Shown: one piece after another, positions 10,601 through 20,900 of the stretch | Position numbering within the stretch: position 1 is the first letter of the stretch | How the letters are laid out: every line of letters begins with the position of its first letter | Virus record (IMG/VR): IMGVR_UViG_3300010153_000001 | Length of the DNA stretch: 60,729 nucleotides | DNA from: an uncultured virus (IMG/VR IMGVR_UViG_3300010153_000001) | Lineage: Duplodnaviria > Heunggongvirae > Uroviricota > Caudoviricetes | Strand: one strand, 5' to 3' | Program-made: the position numbers and the translations under genes | The notes under the pieces: generated by a model | The model's database searches: none | Seen by the model: the letters and a program-made list of their open reading frames with translations, nothing else | Told to the model about the DNA's origin: nothing

Positions 10601-13600
10601 GGACAGGGCAGAAAGACTACACATTGGTCAGATACTAAAGGATAAAGGTATTATTACGGATGATATGGAGATGGCAGATGTTGAAACAATAATAGATAAT
10701 TTTGCAGGTGGAGTTAATAGTAGAATTTGGGATTATAAAACTTCAGCTTTTGATAACATCGTACCCGCGTCTGGTATTAATGAGGATGGAACTACAAGAC
10801 TTAGTGGTATAAATCCTAAATACAAAGATTTTATACAAACATTTGGTAACTCAACATTTCAAGAATATAGTAATACAAATCCAAATCAACCAATACTATC
10901 TAAACAAGATGCTTTACATGCTATGACATTACGTAGCCATTATAATAATACTGAAAAGTTACCTTCTGAAATATATGGTAATAAGACAGGTACTTATAAT
11001 CCTCATATAGAAGGTATGAGTTATTTTGATGAAGAATCAGGAGAGAATGTTTGGGTAGATAATCCAGAATATAATAGTAAATTTGCTAAAGGTGTTAGAG
11101 GTGATTTTAAAGGTGGCTTTACTGATAACTATGAATCAGCTTTTGATTATTTTACTGATGCACCAGTAAGTACAACACTGGGTCATATAATGTCAAATAA
11201 GGATGTACAATATGCACTGAATAATCCTATGCATACTTTTGGACCACTTGCAATGGAAGCAGGTCCTCTACTACGTGGTGCAGGTGCTCTTGCAAATTAT
11301 ACTAGAATAGCACCTTTAATGAATACAGGAGTCTTTGGTACAAATATTACTCCATGGAATGCAATTAATACTGGATTCGGAATAGATATGGCTACTCATA
11401 TACCAGATAATCTTGAAAATGAAAATTATGGAATGGCAATTCTTAATACTTTGGGGGGTGTAAGTAGTGGTGCAAATATACTTAATAAACTTAACACAAA
11501 TCAGGCTTTGATGCCAACATCATATAATACGATGAAAAATTGGAATCCTAACCTTCCAGCTTTAAATAGTCAAGGAGCACAAAAATATACTGATTATGCT
11601 AATTATATAAATGAATTACCTGCTATTTCTTTAAGAAATAACCCATCACAATTTAGTGCTATTAAAAATTTCAGCAAGAACTTTAATCCTAATATAAAAT
11701 TAACTGCACCTAAATTAAATTATTCTGGACCTACTATTACGGTTCCACCTGGAGGTTTTATGGAAGGAGGAAGTTTACCAAAAGCACAAATTCAATTAGC
11801 TGATGATATATATTATGGTGGTTTAAAACTAGCTAATAATGCAACTAAATCTGTTAATCTAATTGATAAAACAAATCCTTGGACAGTTTTAGGTACGGGT
11901 AGTCTATACCGTAATTCTGGTATACCTAGCTTAGTAAACATTAATAATAGAGATGATTTATTAAAACAATATCAATTAAGGAATGATCAATACCGTACTG
12001 TTAATATAAATGATAAGGTATTGAACAATACATTACTAAGAGATAATGCATTTAAATATGGTTTTAATGCAGATAAGGCAGATGAACTTGCAGCATTTAT
12101 GGGAACAACACCAACATTAGGGGATGGTAGACGTGCAGGATATGAAAGTTTATTAAGATTAGATAAAGATATATTATATACTGGAGATTATCCACATATT
12201 ACAAATAGTAGATATACCACTGGAAATCCTCAAAATGCATGGACAGTTAAATCAAATATATGGGAAGATGATATTTCATTATTGGATGATCAAACACTTT
12301 TTGATAGAATAAGTTTATTGGATAACGTTAGAACACATAGTCCAAAGGATGGAATATTTAATGTAGGAGATTTAGAAAGTTGGGGAAATATTAATCAAAT
12401 ATTTGATAGGAGTACTGGACTTCGGATACCTCATGGTTCATTACTTAATACTCAAACAACAAATGTACCAGAGTTAATGCAAACTAATTTGATATATGGT
12501 GACGCATTTAAACCAGTAAGAAAACCTATTAGTATTTTTAGAGGTGATGATTTAAATCAATCACTTAAACTTAGTGGTAATAGGTTTGAAACATTTGCAA
12601 AAGGAGGTCAGTTACCAAGAGCACAGATGTCTAATGGTGCAGAGGATGTAGCAGCTTTATATCAAGTAAATCCAGAACAATTTGATTATGATACTAATAT
12701 GCCTAAAGAAGGAGCTATTAGTGCATATGGAGATGTATGGCAAGGAGGTCAATGGGTAGATGCTACTCAAGATCAACATGGTTTTAATACTCCTGATTCA
12801 GATCAGTTTGGTGTTGTAGGTAGTGCGTTCTCAGATGAGACGGGTATTATAAACCGTAATACAAATTTTGATCCTAACAATAAAGACAAGTCAAATCCTT
12901 TCTTAGGAAATGAAATGAATCAATTGATGAAATCAGCTGCTGCTGATACATATGATGTTAGAAGAAGAGATATAAATAAAGATACATGGAATCCTAAAGA
13001 AGGTTCTATAAATAAATCATATGGGGATATATGGAATGATGAAACTGGTTGGACTGATAATCAATTTACACCTCAATTTGATGTAACAGATGATTTTGCA
13101 TTTGAAGGAGATGATAATACTTTAAGTAGAGGTCAACTTAGAGATGTACGTAAATCTAATAGAAGACAAGAGAAAGCTGAGAAAAAAGGATTTAGTTCTT
13201 GGGATGAAATGCAGGAAGATAAAACAGAAAAGAGAGCAATAAGAAAAGCAAAAAGAAAAGCCAAGAGAGATAGATGGGGTGATACATTTGGACAAAGAAT
13301 GGGTAATAAGTTTAGATACATGATGGATAGCAAAGCTATGCAAAGATTTGGTAATTATAGTCAAGCAGCAGTTAAAGGAGCTGGACTTATTAATGATGGG
13401 TTTGATATATATAATGAAAATAAAGCAGCTGATGAAATTTATGCAGGTAGAACTGCTGGTTCAATGTATGGTGTAACTCCTACTAGTGCACTATCAAAAG
13501 GAGAAGAAGATGAGTTAACTGGAATTTTTCAAACAAGTGATAAGGTAATAGCTAGACAAGATGGTAGAGCTCAATCTGGAGCAGAGTTACCAAGACATCA

Positions 13601-14342
13601 ATTTCTAGGAGGAGTGTTTGGTAATACAGTAAGAGATTCTGATAAATATGATTGGTTTGGTGGAGGTATAGGTACATCTGCAGATATATCTATGGATGAT
13701 TTATCTAATTCAAATATAAATCAAGAGAGTATAATCCCTTCTCTTAATATAGATGCTGGAATGAGCTTAATGACTCCAAAAGCTGCAGCTGTAGGTAGTG
13801 CAGATTATAGAATGAGTACTGATGGAAATGTATTAGATGTTAGTGGAGGTATTCAGTTTGATCCTACTAGACAATATGAAGGACACTGGCCTTCTGATAA
13901 TATAAGTATACCATGGTTAGGTTATAATAAATGGGGATTAAATGGTCCGTATATAATTCCTACTGCAGGTTATCATCAAGGAAGACAAATATATGATCAA
14001 GGAGATGGTAGAAATTATTGGAAAGCTAATGCAGGTATTATGATGCAACAAGACCCATGGTCAGGAACATGTGGAGCAGGAGGTGCAGGATGGGGTTGTG
14101 ATATAAATGCAGATTATGGAACTCAGTATAGTGATGATCCAAGTTTATCATATGATGCAAGTTTATTTTATGGACCTCTTAGTGTAGGTTATAAAAGTAA
14201 TAATGCAGGAGATTATGCAACAGTAGGTTTAAATTGGGGATTTAAAAAAGGAGGAGAGAAAGAAAAAGAAAAAACAATAAGTATTGACACAGATATGTAT
14301 TATGAATTATTAGCTGCAGGAGCAGATATAGAAATTATATAA
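7644..14342 (+). CDS. Giant modular putative virion cargo protein (2232 aa) with N-terminal Cys-rich domain, Pro/Gln low-complexity tract, GGxL(P/R)(K/R)AQ linkers and a C-terminal beta-barrel-like module
   Basis: Long ORF in the giant-gene cluster. Linkers KYGGSLRKAQ, RDGGDLRRFQ, MEGGSLPKAQ, AKGGQLPRAQ, QSGAELPRHQ; CGNC..GYC..CDMW. Confidence 0.65.
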   Translation: MAKKFPNIETLKVYQQGGDNEPVRSCPAATTDSDLNLDNRERSITRSNYTKADSKNKCGNCIFFDISSRMKKCMDTKTDNTGYCWDQEFVCSKDNVCDMWEEGGPIKSDESSYIQDKNYNTEYEENKAEVEQIQAANQSPIANQPPQQQMPPQGIQQMMAPQGPPPQGPPPQAMAPPQQEVQPTYKYGGSLRKAQQQEETQITFKDWVLQDPVNRQGPNAKNEYIEFIKSTTVDPTFGTDPSTQSSSVNEESSSTSTVLDNNTDIYDANNPDIKERGNTLKDVFPWMTNKGIKRRGKYGQNRDENFIPWEADPTTDIGGLGSIANWFKSVVHDERNLDVDPNKITNREFRRYKKHLRKQNPNLSRKEIREMANEAFPSHGNNRWGKEHYQQFKVTNPFSETRFFDPENPDELLTHGEKQAQLYNEFSQNRVAMYPELYQVSSMDNDGNITYTGDKLLGDMEETEYMPNSVHIVHTDDNKGIKGSWIYSGTSDDGQKEYEFIPFDLENPTRKTTTNSTQKNANDCITLKQKCLGAEPAGTWDADSCTCTYNKESEQEELNKNVKKDANIDDIVFPENEDYKTGGAAPTFAFMRDGGDLRRFQNTSEHNWTDQQILDWINLQNKLVRPRMSWKDDQGYSQYSGSKFNPLTAQEEMIWDPRNIDLTQRSTWPSLKYSEFDPAWSGINNLEYPWLPDFSTEEGRSAAYNLHRTAAKTYPDDLLMPDLYWGTNPSGDREAYPYNIESRSEKDKRTGKVISAQLTEFNEKIKNVKSKTELKKLMSNTDLNQQSIMYILNQANQNNDLDISDEDYISIMDEITTFQTDPANKSLYEHTAYGPGEKVDAIVSRDEWGNTVYNTDYQYNPHTYEDFTMANPNIGQETTTKKTQVWIDPDDGKWYYRPTSDEAWYNTPNFLNTPCPNDDCYSTYIDIEKDVVGSTIDDAFRDQTISENKKGEKLTQPTQVWDEHANNGEGGWISIDGTLTNADNQGDRAERLHIGQILKDKGIITDDMEMADVETIIDNFAGGVNSRIWDYKTSAFDNIVPASGINEDGTTRLSGINPKYKDFIQTFGNSTFQEYSNTNPNQPILSKQDALHAMTLRSHYNNTEKLPSEIYGNKTGTYNPHIEGMSYFDEESGENVWVDNPEYNSKFAKGVRGDFKGGFTDNYESAFDYFTDAPVSTTLGHIMSNKDVQYALNNPMHTFGPLAMEAGPLLRGAGALANYTRIAPLMNTGVFGTNITPWNAINTGFGIDMATHIPDNLENENYGMAILNTLGGVSSGANILNKLNTNQALMPTSYNTMKNWNPNLPALNSQGAQKYTDYANYINELPAISLRNNPSQFSAIKNFSKNFNPNIKLTAPKLNYSGPTITVPPGGFMEGGSLPKAQIQLADDIYYGGLKLANNATKSVNLIDKTNPWTVLGTGSLYRNSGIPSLVNINNRDDLLKQYQLRNDQYRTVNINDKVLNNTLLRDNAFKYGFNADKADELAAFMGTTPTLGDGRRAGYESLLRLDKDILYTGDYPHITNSRYTTGNPQNAWTVKSNIWEDDISLLDDQTLFDRISLLDNVRTHSPKDGIFNVGDLESWGNINQIFDRSTGLRIPHGSLLNTQTTNVPELMQTNLIYGDAFKPVRKPISIFRGDDLNQSLKLSGNRFETFAKGGQLPRAQMSNGAEDVAALYQVNPEQFDYDTNMPKEGAISAYGDVWQGGQWVDATQDQHGFNTPDSDQFGVVGSAFSDETGIINRNTNFDPNNKDKSNPFLGNEMNQLMKSAAADTYDVRRRDINKDTWNPKEGSINKSYGDIWNDETGWTDNQFTPQFDVTDDFAFEGDDNTLSRGQLRDVRKSNRRQEKAEKKGFSSWDEMQEDKTEKRAIRKAKRKAKRDRWGDTFGQRMGNKFRYMMDSKAMQRFGNYSQAAVKGAGLINDGFDIYNENKAADEIYAGRTAGSMYGVTPTSALSKGEEDELTGIFQTSDKVIARQDGRAQSGAELPRHQFLGGVFGNTVRDSDKYDWFGGGIGTSADISMDDLSNSNINQESIIPSLNIDAGMSLMTPKAAAVGSADYRMSTDGNVLDVSGGIQFDPTRQYEGHWPSDNISIPWLGYNKWGLNGPYIIPTAGYHQGRQIYDQGDGRNYWKANAGIMMQQDPWSGTCGAGGAGWGCDINADYGTQYSDDPSLSYDASLFYGPLSVGYKSNNAGDYATVGLNWGFKKGGEKEKEKTISIDTDMYYELLAAGADIEII
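8124..8160 (+). repeat. 15-bp tandem direct repeat (CCACAAGGGCCTCCT x2.5) encoding the PQGPP low-complexity tract
   Basis: Read directly: ccacaagggcctcct ccacaagggcctcct ccacaag. Confidence 0.85.
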
Positions 14343-14344
14343 TT

Positions 14345-17300
14345 ATGGGAAAAGTAAAAGTAAAAATAGGTAATTTACCTAACGGATATAAATTTAAAAA
14401 TGGTAAGATTGTAAAAGTAATGTCTACAGGTGGTGCACCTTATAGTAATTCTTTAGGTCCTATACCAAGAACCTTTGCTAATCTAGAAGCAGAGAAAGGT
14501 GAAACAGCATTAACTGATCTAACTAATGATGGTAATTTTGAATTATATAATATTGGTGGTAAAAGACACCCAGATGGAGGAACAGCATTAAGTTTACCTC
14601 CTCAATCATTTATCTTTTCAGATACTGCAAAGATGAAACTTAATAAAGAACAACTTAAAAGATTTGATATTAATTCTACAAAGAAGATGTCTCCTGCTAA
14701 AGTATCAAAAAAGTTTCCTTTAAATAAGTACTACTCTGTTTTAAATGGAGAATTTGTAGATGATATTGCAACTAGAAGTGCTGAGATGATGTTAGAGAAA
14801 AATAAAATGAAACTATCTGAATTAGCATTTGTATCAGAAAGTAAAAAGAAATTTGAAGATGGTGTTCCATTAGCAGCTTATCCATACTTAATGTCTCAAG
14901 ATATTGATCCAATGGAATTTGTTCAAAAGGTTAATCAACTTAATGAAGAACAAGCTCAAATGCAAATGATTGATCAATTACCACCAGAACAACAACAAGA
15001 AATATTAGCATTACAAAACTTTACAGGTGGACAAGGAGGACCCCCACCACAGGGAGGTATGCCTCCAATGGGGCCACCTATGGCAGGAGGAATGCCACCT
15101 ATGCCTCCAGGAGGAGGAGGAGGAATGCCACCACAAGGTATGATGCCACCTCAACAAATGATGGCTAAATATGGAGGAGGCTTACCTAGAGCTCAGACTC
15201 AACTTACTCTAGAGCAAATTGCAGCAATAGAGGCACTTAACCATTCTAGAATGACTAATAGAGAAAATACTTATAATAAAAATATAAATTGGCAGGAAGA
15301 GTTTGCAAAACAAGGATATTGGAGACCTCCTGTTGCACCTGGATTTGATGGAACAACACCTAATCTTAATGTTACACCAGTTTCAGAATATACAGCTTCA
15401 GGTCCTTGGGATAAAACATTCACTGGTCAGAATGAATTATCAATAGAAAAATATGGTGGAGGTTTACGTAGAGCACAATTCCAAACTCCTGAGAATATAC
15501 AACCTCAAATGCACTTGCCTTCTCAAAGATTAGCAGAAGTAGCAGATATGGTTCCTTTTGATCCTTCAGAATTTAAGAGTGATTATCCAAAGATAAGTTA
15601 TGGAAAAGATATAAATCAAGGAGTTAATCAGGGATCTTTAGTTAAGTTAGCAGAAAACATATTAAATAAAACAAAAGGAACTCCAGATGGAATGTATGAT
15701 AGAAGATACAAAGAAGATCCTCAAGGAGATTATGCACAAATAGGAGGAGCATTAAATAGATTTATATATGGAGGTCAAGATTATTTAGATAGATATAGAG
15801 ATTATGATGATCTACAGAAATTTCAAAAGGATGGAGAATTACTATCTGCATATGCAACAAGAATGGGTCAAACATGGGACCCTCAATATAAAGATGCTAC
15901 ATATGATAAATCAACAAAGATGTGGGTATACAGTGATGGCACTCCTTCTGTATCTAATGCAGATATGAGAAAAAATGCATTGGATCCTAATTTTGTACCA
16001 CCAGATGAATATAGAGTTGATGGAGGACACAATGCAAATGGAGTAATAATTGATGAGAATGCAGAAGAAGGACAAGGAGGTAATTTTGTAAATGGTGTAT
16101 GGGTACCTGGACCTAATGATAATTCTAATAATGGCTCTAACAATAATGGCTCTAACAATAATGCAGTGGTGAGTAGTTATCCAGGTCAAAAAGGACATAA
16201 TAGTCTAGTAGAATTATATGGCTCTGATGATTGGGACTTAATTAATGACTATACTTATCAGACATATAAAAAGATGTATGATGGTGGAAAGTATGATATG
16301 GGTCCTGAAATGTCAGCAGAAGAATTTGAGGCTACACTATTAAGAGATCAAAAGTTTAAAGCTCTTATGCATGATCCAACAGCACTTGAAAATATAACTA
16401 TCACATTAGGTAATGGTAAGACAGTTAGTGGTGCAGATATTATTCAACATGGTGCATGGGATCACCCAACTAATCATGGATTCACAAGTAATAATGATAT
16501 GTATAGAGCAGTATATGAACAACTTGCTACAGCATATCCAGAGGCTGAGTTACCTGCTTTACCACCAAATGATGCCAATGGAAATAAATTATTAACAACA
16601 CAAGTAAGACAGCAACAAGCTACATTTAGTAGTTTTGGTGGTCTACAAAAACATGCTGATAAATTAGCAGCTGATGGGGATCCTTCATTTCAAAACTTAT
16701 TAAAGAATGTAAATTTAGATGCAACTGGACGTGCTGGAGGAGGTAGTGGTCTTATGGGAGAAGCTTCATGGTCAAAAATAGATGGAAACTATGGAGATAC
16801 ATTTAATAGTCAAAGAATTGCATTTAAAAATACACCAGGAAAAGATAAAGAAAATCCTGTAGAAACATGTTATACAGATCAAAATGGTACAGTGTTTCCA
16901 GATAAAGCAAAAGCTAAATTAGATTGTGAAATGAATGGTGGTACATATGATACGATGGTTTGTGAATGTATAGAAAAAACTACAACAAAGATTCCACAAC
17001 TTCCACCTAAAGAATTCTGGAAACAAGATAAAATAAAAATAGGTGCATTATCTGGTCTTGATCTTAATAAGTATTATCCAAGTAGACAAGCTTTCACAGG
17101 TAACTTTATGGATCCTGCATATAAAGATCCTACTAGAGAAATTGCTGCAATTGGTGAGCAAGCTCAAATTGCTGGTGATATGGCAGCAATGATGAGTAGT
17201 GGTCCAGCATTAGCATCAGTACTTTCTAAAATACAAGGAACAGCAGGATCACAAATTGCTAATGCATTAGATAAAGTTCAGAATGATAACATTAGTATTT

Positions 17301-17914
17301 ATAATAATGCTGAACAATATAATGCAGGTGTTCAAACTAATACAGATGTACTCAATCAGGATGCAGCTAAAGTTTATATGGATGCAGTTAATTTAGTAGA
17401 TCAAAATTATGATAATGCTAAGAATAAGTTAAGGGTAGAATTAGCTGATGCACATGCTAATGCTTGGACTAATAGAGCTAATACTTATAACTTAAATACA
17501 TTAACTCCTAACTATAACGTTGATCCATCAGATGGAGGAAGTATTAATATTACTAATCCTAAATCATTTTTTGCTCAGGATGCTGGTGATCCAGCTTCAT
17601 TAATGCAACAAAGAATAGCATTAGAAAATGAATACATTGCTAATAGATGTGGTAATTTAAGTACAGAAGCAGAAAAAGTTGCTTGTATGAATAATGCAAA
17701 ATCTGTAGTTGATGGCATGCTAAAGAATAGTAGTGGGCCTGCTAATACAAAGAATATTCATGGTTATCCAGGTAATAGTAATGATATTACAGTAAATGAG
17801 AATTTACCAGATGGTCAGGATAATGGAACAGAAGAAGGTAACACAAAGAAAAGTAAATATGGAAGTGAATTGAGAAATGCATTACGTATGAGAAGAGGAG
17901 GACAATGGTGGTAA
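14345..17914 (+). CDS. Putative virion cargo/structural protein (1189 aa) of crAss-like type, with Pro/Gly/Met-rich tract and KYGGGL(P/R)RAQ linkers
   Basis: N-terminal NLEAEKGE..GKRHPDGG..FIFSD resembles, from recollection, a motif common in Bacteroidota-phage virion proteins. Lies just upstream of the vRNAP cluster. Confidence 0.55.
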   Translation: MGKVKVKIGNLPNGYKFKNGKIVKVMSTGGAPYSNSLGPIPRTFANLEAEKGETALTDLTNDGNFELYNIGGKRHPDGGTALSLPPQSFIFSDTAKMKLNKEQLKRFDINSTKKMSPAKVSKKFPLNKYYSVLNGEFVDDIATRSAEMMLEKNKMKLSELAFVSESKKKFEDGVPLAAYPYLMSQDIDPMEFVQKVNQLNEEQAQMQMIDQLPPEQQQEILALQNFTGGQGGPPPQGGMPPMGPPMAGGMPPMPPGGGGGMPPQGMMPPQQMMAKYGGGLPRAQTQLTLEQIAAIEALNHSRMTNRENTYNKNINWQEEFAKQGYWRPPVAPGFDGTTPNLNVTPVSEYTASGPWDKTFTGQNELSIEKYGGGLRRAQFQTPENIQPQMHLPSQRLAEVADMVPFDPSEFKSDYPKISYGKDINQGVNQGSLVKLAENILNKTKGTPDGMYDRRYKEDPQGDYAQIGGALNRFIYGGQDYLDRYRDYDDLQKFQKDGELLSAYATRMGQTWDPQYKDATYDKSTKMWVYSDGTPSVSNADMRKNALDPNFVPPDEYRVDGGHNANGVIIDENAEEGQGGNFVNGVWVPGPNDNSNNGSNNNGSNNNAVVSSYPGQKGHNSLVELYGSDDWDLINDYTYQTYKKMYDGGKYDMGPEMSAEEFEATLLRDQKFKALMHDPTALENITITLGNGKTVSGADIIQHGAWDHPTNHGFTSNNDMYRAVYEQLATAYPEAELPALPPNDANGNKLLTTQVRQQQATFSSFGGLQKHADKLAADGDPSFQNLLKNVNLDATGRAGGGSGLMGEASWSKIDGNYGDTFNSQRIAFKNTPGKDKENPVETCYTDQNGTVFPDKAKAKLDCEMNGGTYDTMVCECIEKTTTKIPQLPPKEFWKQDKIKIGALSGLDLNKYYPSRQAFTGNFMDPAYKDPTREIAAIGEQAQIAGDMAAMMSSGPALASVLSKIQGTAGSQIANALDKVQNDNISIYNNAEQYNAGVQTNTDVLNQDAAKVYMDAVNLVDQNYDNAKNKLRVELADAHANAWTNRANTYNLNTLTPNYNVDPSDGGSINITNPKSFFAQDAGDPASLMQQRIALENEYIANRCGNLSTEAEKVACMNNAKSVVDGMLKNSSGPANTKNIHGYPGNSNDITVNENLPDGQDNGTEEGNTKKSKYGSELRNALRMRRGGQWW

Positions 17915-17956
17915 ACATTAAAGGTTTATCCAATAAATTTTAAAAACTTAATAAAT

Positions 17957-17970
17957 TTTAGTATTTTTGT
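17957..17970 (+). promoter_or_regulatory. Possible promoter element (TTTAGTATTTTTG, contains TAnnTTTG) immediately before ORF 17974
   Basis: TATTTTTG at 17962-17969 matches the Bacteroidota -7 consensus and partly matches the 7596/48352 motif. Confidence 0.3.
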
Positions 17971-17973
17971 AAC

Positions 17974-20900
17974 ATGGCAACATATATACCAGGAGTAGAA
18001 GACAGTATACCACAGAGTCAACCGTTTGTACCAGATTATAAATTCTTATCTGATGTTCTAGCGGTTAGACAAGATAGGTATGATAAAAACTATAAGCAAC
18101 TTAATGATGTTTATGGAAAAGTAGTATATGCAGATCTAACAAGGAATGAAAATAAATATGTAAGAGATCAATATGCAGAACAACTTGCTCCACAAATAAA
18201 ACAAATATCAGGATTAGATCTTTCTCTTCAAGAGAATGTAGATGCTGCTTATGCATTATTTAAACCTTTCTATAATAATGAAAGTGTAATTAAAGATTTA
18301 ACAGCAACAGCAACATTAAAAAATGAAAGACAAAAGATGGCTGCTTTTAAAGACAGCCCAATCCGTGCAGTCAGAGAAAAATATTGGGACTATGGTCAAC
18401 AAGGATTAGATATTTGGGAGGAAGACTTTAAGAATGCAGATAGACAAGAAGCGTTAACTATGGGTTTACCTCAATATATAGAGGATGTAGATTTAGTTGA
18501 ATGGGCTGAAATGTTGTTAGATGATTCTAAATTAGGTGATAAAGAAGATATAATAATATCACAAGATAATAAATGGATTATCAAAATGAAAAGTGGTTCA
18601 TTAATTACAGCAGCACCAACAGGAAGAATGGTAAAAGTTAAAGATAAAGAAGGAAAAGAAATAGAAGTTCCTGAAACTAAGAACTTAGCTCTTGAATTTA
18701 TTAAAGATAGATTAGCTGATGATCCTACTGTTCAATCTGCATATCATTTAAGAAATTATGTTGACATGAGAAATTATGTTAAGGAGAATAGTGAAAGATT
18801 AGGAGGAGATGAAGCCGCAAAGAAACAATGGGCAAATGATACTATTGAAAAATATACAAAGAATTTTGAAGATGATATTGTTGAGTTAGAGAAAATAAAA
18901 GCAACTAATAAAGTAACAGTTAGTAGTTGGGAAGCTTATGCTAAAAGAGTTGGTATAAAGCCTGGTTCACAAAAAGATATTGATTTTTTAAATTCATTAG
19001 ATGAATTAGAATTAGTAAATGAAACCATTCAAGGTAAGAAAACAAAATTAGAACAAATTACTGCACCTACCTCTGACCTAAAAGATCTACTACATAAAGC
19101 ATACACATCAGCTATGGGTACTCAAATGGGTGTAGACATGTTATCTGCAGCTACATCTTATGCTAACAAAACTATGACTAGGGATATGGAATTAAATCCT
19201 GAATGGAAATTATGGGCAGAGCATAAGTATAGAATGGCAGAGAAAAGACTTCAAGCTAGTATAGATGCAAATAAAAAAGAAAAAGAAAATGTTAAAACAA
19301 CACCACGTGTTCCAATATTAAGAAGAAAAAAGGGTGATAAAAGTAATATACAAGGAGACTTTGATATGGTTAGAGAGAATATAGATGGTGGAACTCCTGG
19401 TTATTCAGATGCTATATCATATAATACAGAAGATCAAGGAAATTATATTGAGAACTTTAATAAAAGAAGAAAAGACATAATCAAAACAGTTTATTCTAAG
19501 GTTGCAATGGATTTAAATTTAGATCCATCAACATTTACTCCTATATTTTCACCAAATCTAATGGTCTCACATGGAGAGTATGCACCAGGAACATTAATAA
19601 AAGAAGGAGATGCTCCAAAAGAAGGAGAATTTGATAATAGACCTGTTAGTGGAATGGTTGGTGATGGTACTGTTGCAGGAGATATAGCAGCGGTAAGAGG
19701 TACTATTGAAAATAGTAAAGAACCTATAGAAGAAAGAGTTACATTCTATCCTAAAAAATCATCAATGACATGGAATGAATTTGACGCCATAGATGATCCT
19801 AATGAGATTCATAATATGTATACAGAGATGATAAGATTTATTGATAATTCAGAAGAATTATTTCCCTCTTATTCAAATGTATCACAGGATATGAGAACAG
19901 AAATTAGTGGTGATATAATCAACCTAAGAGGAGATATGGCTTTCTTTACTGAAAAGAGTTTAGAACTTTCTGAAAAATATATGGAGACTCAAAGAGTATT
20001 AATGGGTTCAGATACTTACTTTAACACAGCAGCCAATGATGGTGGTTCTATATTTGATAAGGATGGTATAAGAATAAACAAAGAAGAATGGGTAGAGAGA
20101 TATGTAAATAAATGGACAGGAATAACTAATGAAGAAATGAGTAATAGTCCATATGGTTCTATAAATGATCCTCTTGTAACTGGTGATTGGAACAATTTAG
20201 ATGGAGGTCATTATGGAACAAATTATAATCCTAATGGGAATTTTGATTTACCTGATGATTTGATGGGTATGCAAAATACTCCAATTAGAAATGACATTGG
20301 TATCAATAGAGATTATTCTGCCACTAATCCTGCACCTGATTCACTTCAAACTCAAATGTTTAATGCAGGCGATCCAAATGCAAAAAGTGAGATGCAGGTA
20401 CAAAATTTAATGGGAGGTAGATACTGGCAATTTAATGCAATGGGATCTGGTATGACAGATGAATGGGGTAATCAATTATATGTATCACCTACTGCACAAA
20501 CAGGACAAATGTATGCAGATGCTGAAGCATATTATGATTATATGTATAAAGCAGTAAATCAAAAAATGACAAGTACTCCAGAAAATTCTAAAGAGTTTGG
20601 TTATAATTTCTCTTCTGCAATGGAAGGCATGCCAATGCAAGGTGATGATATGAGTATATCTCCTGTATATACATTAACCTATGATCATAATAGTGGAGAT
20701 GATCAAAATGCAGGAGCTATGGGTTTCTTTAATAACATTATTGCTGCTGTTGATGGTGATCCAACACAGGTTAGTATAGTAGCAGGAGGAGATTATATGG
20801 CTGCATCAGGAGAATCATTGGGTCAAGTTAATCCACAAATGAAGGCTCTATTTAATGAAGCATATAATTCAGTAATTGCACAATATGGTAATCCAGATTA

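Noticed and set aside
11790..12596. ORF2 cassette considered as a second ADP-ribosyltransferase (QYRTV..)
   Set aside because: Only an isolated YR is visible; no convincing S-x-S or E-x-E, so it is left unassigned.
1694..15478. LPKAQ linker copies considered as DNA-level repeats (recombination sites or attC-like elements)
   Set aside because: Codon third positions vary and no palindromic structure was seen, so conservation is at the peptide level. A minor role in recombination cannot be excluded.
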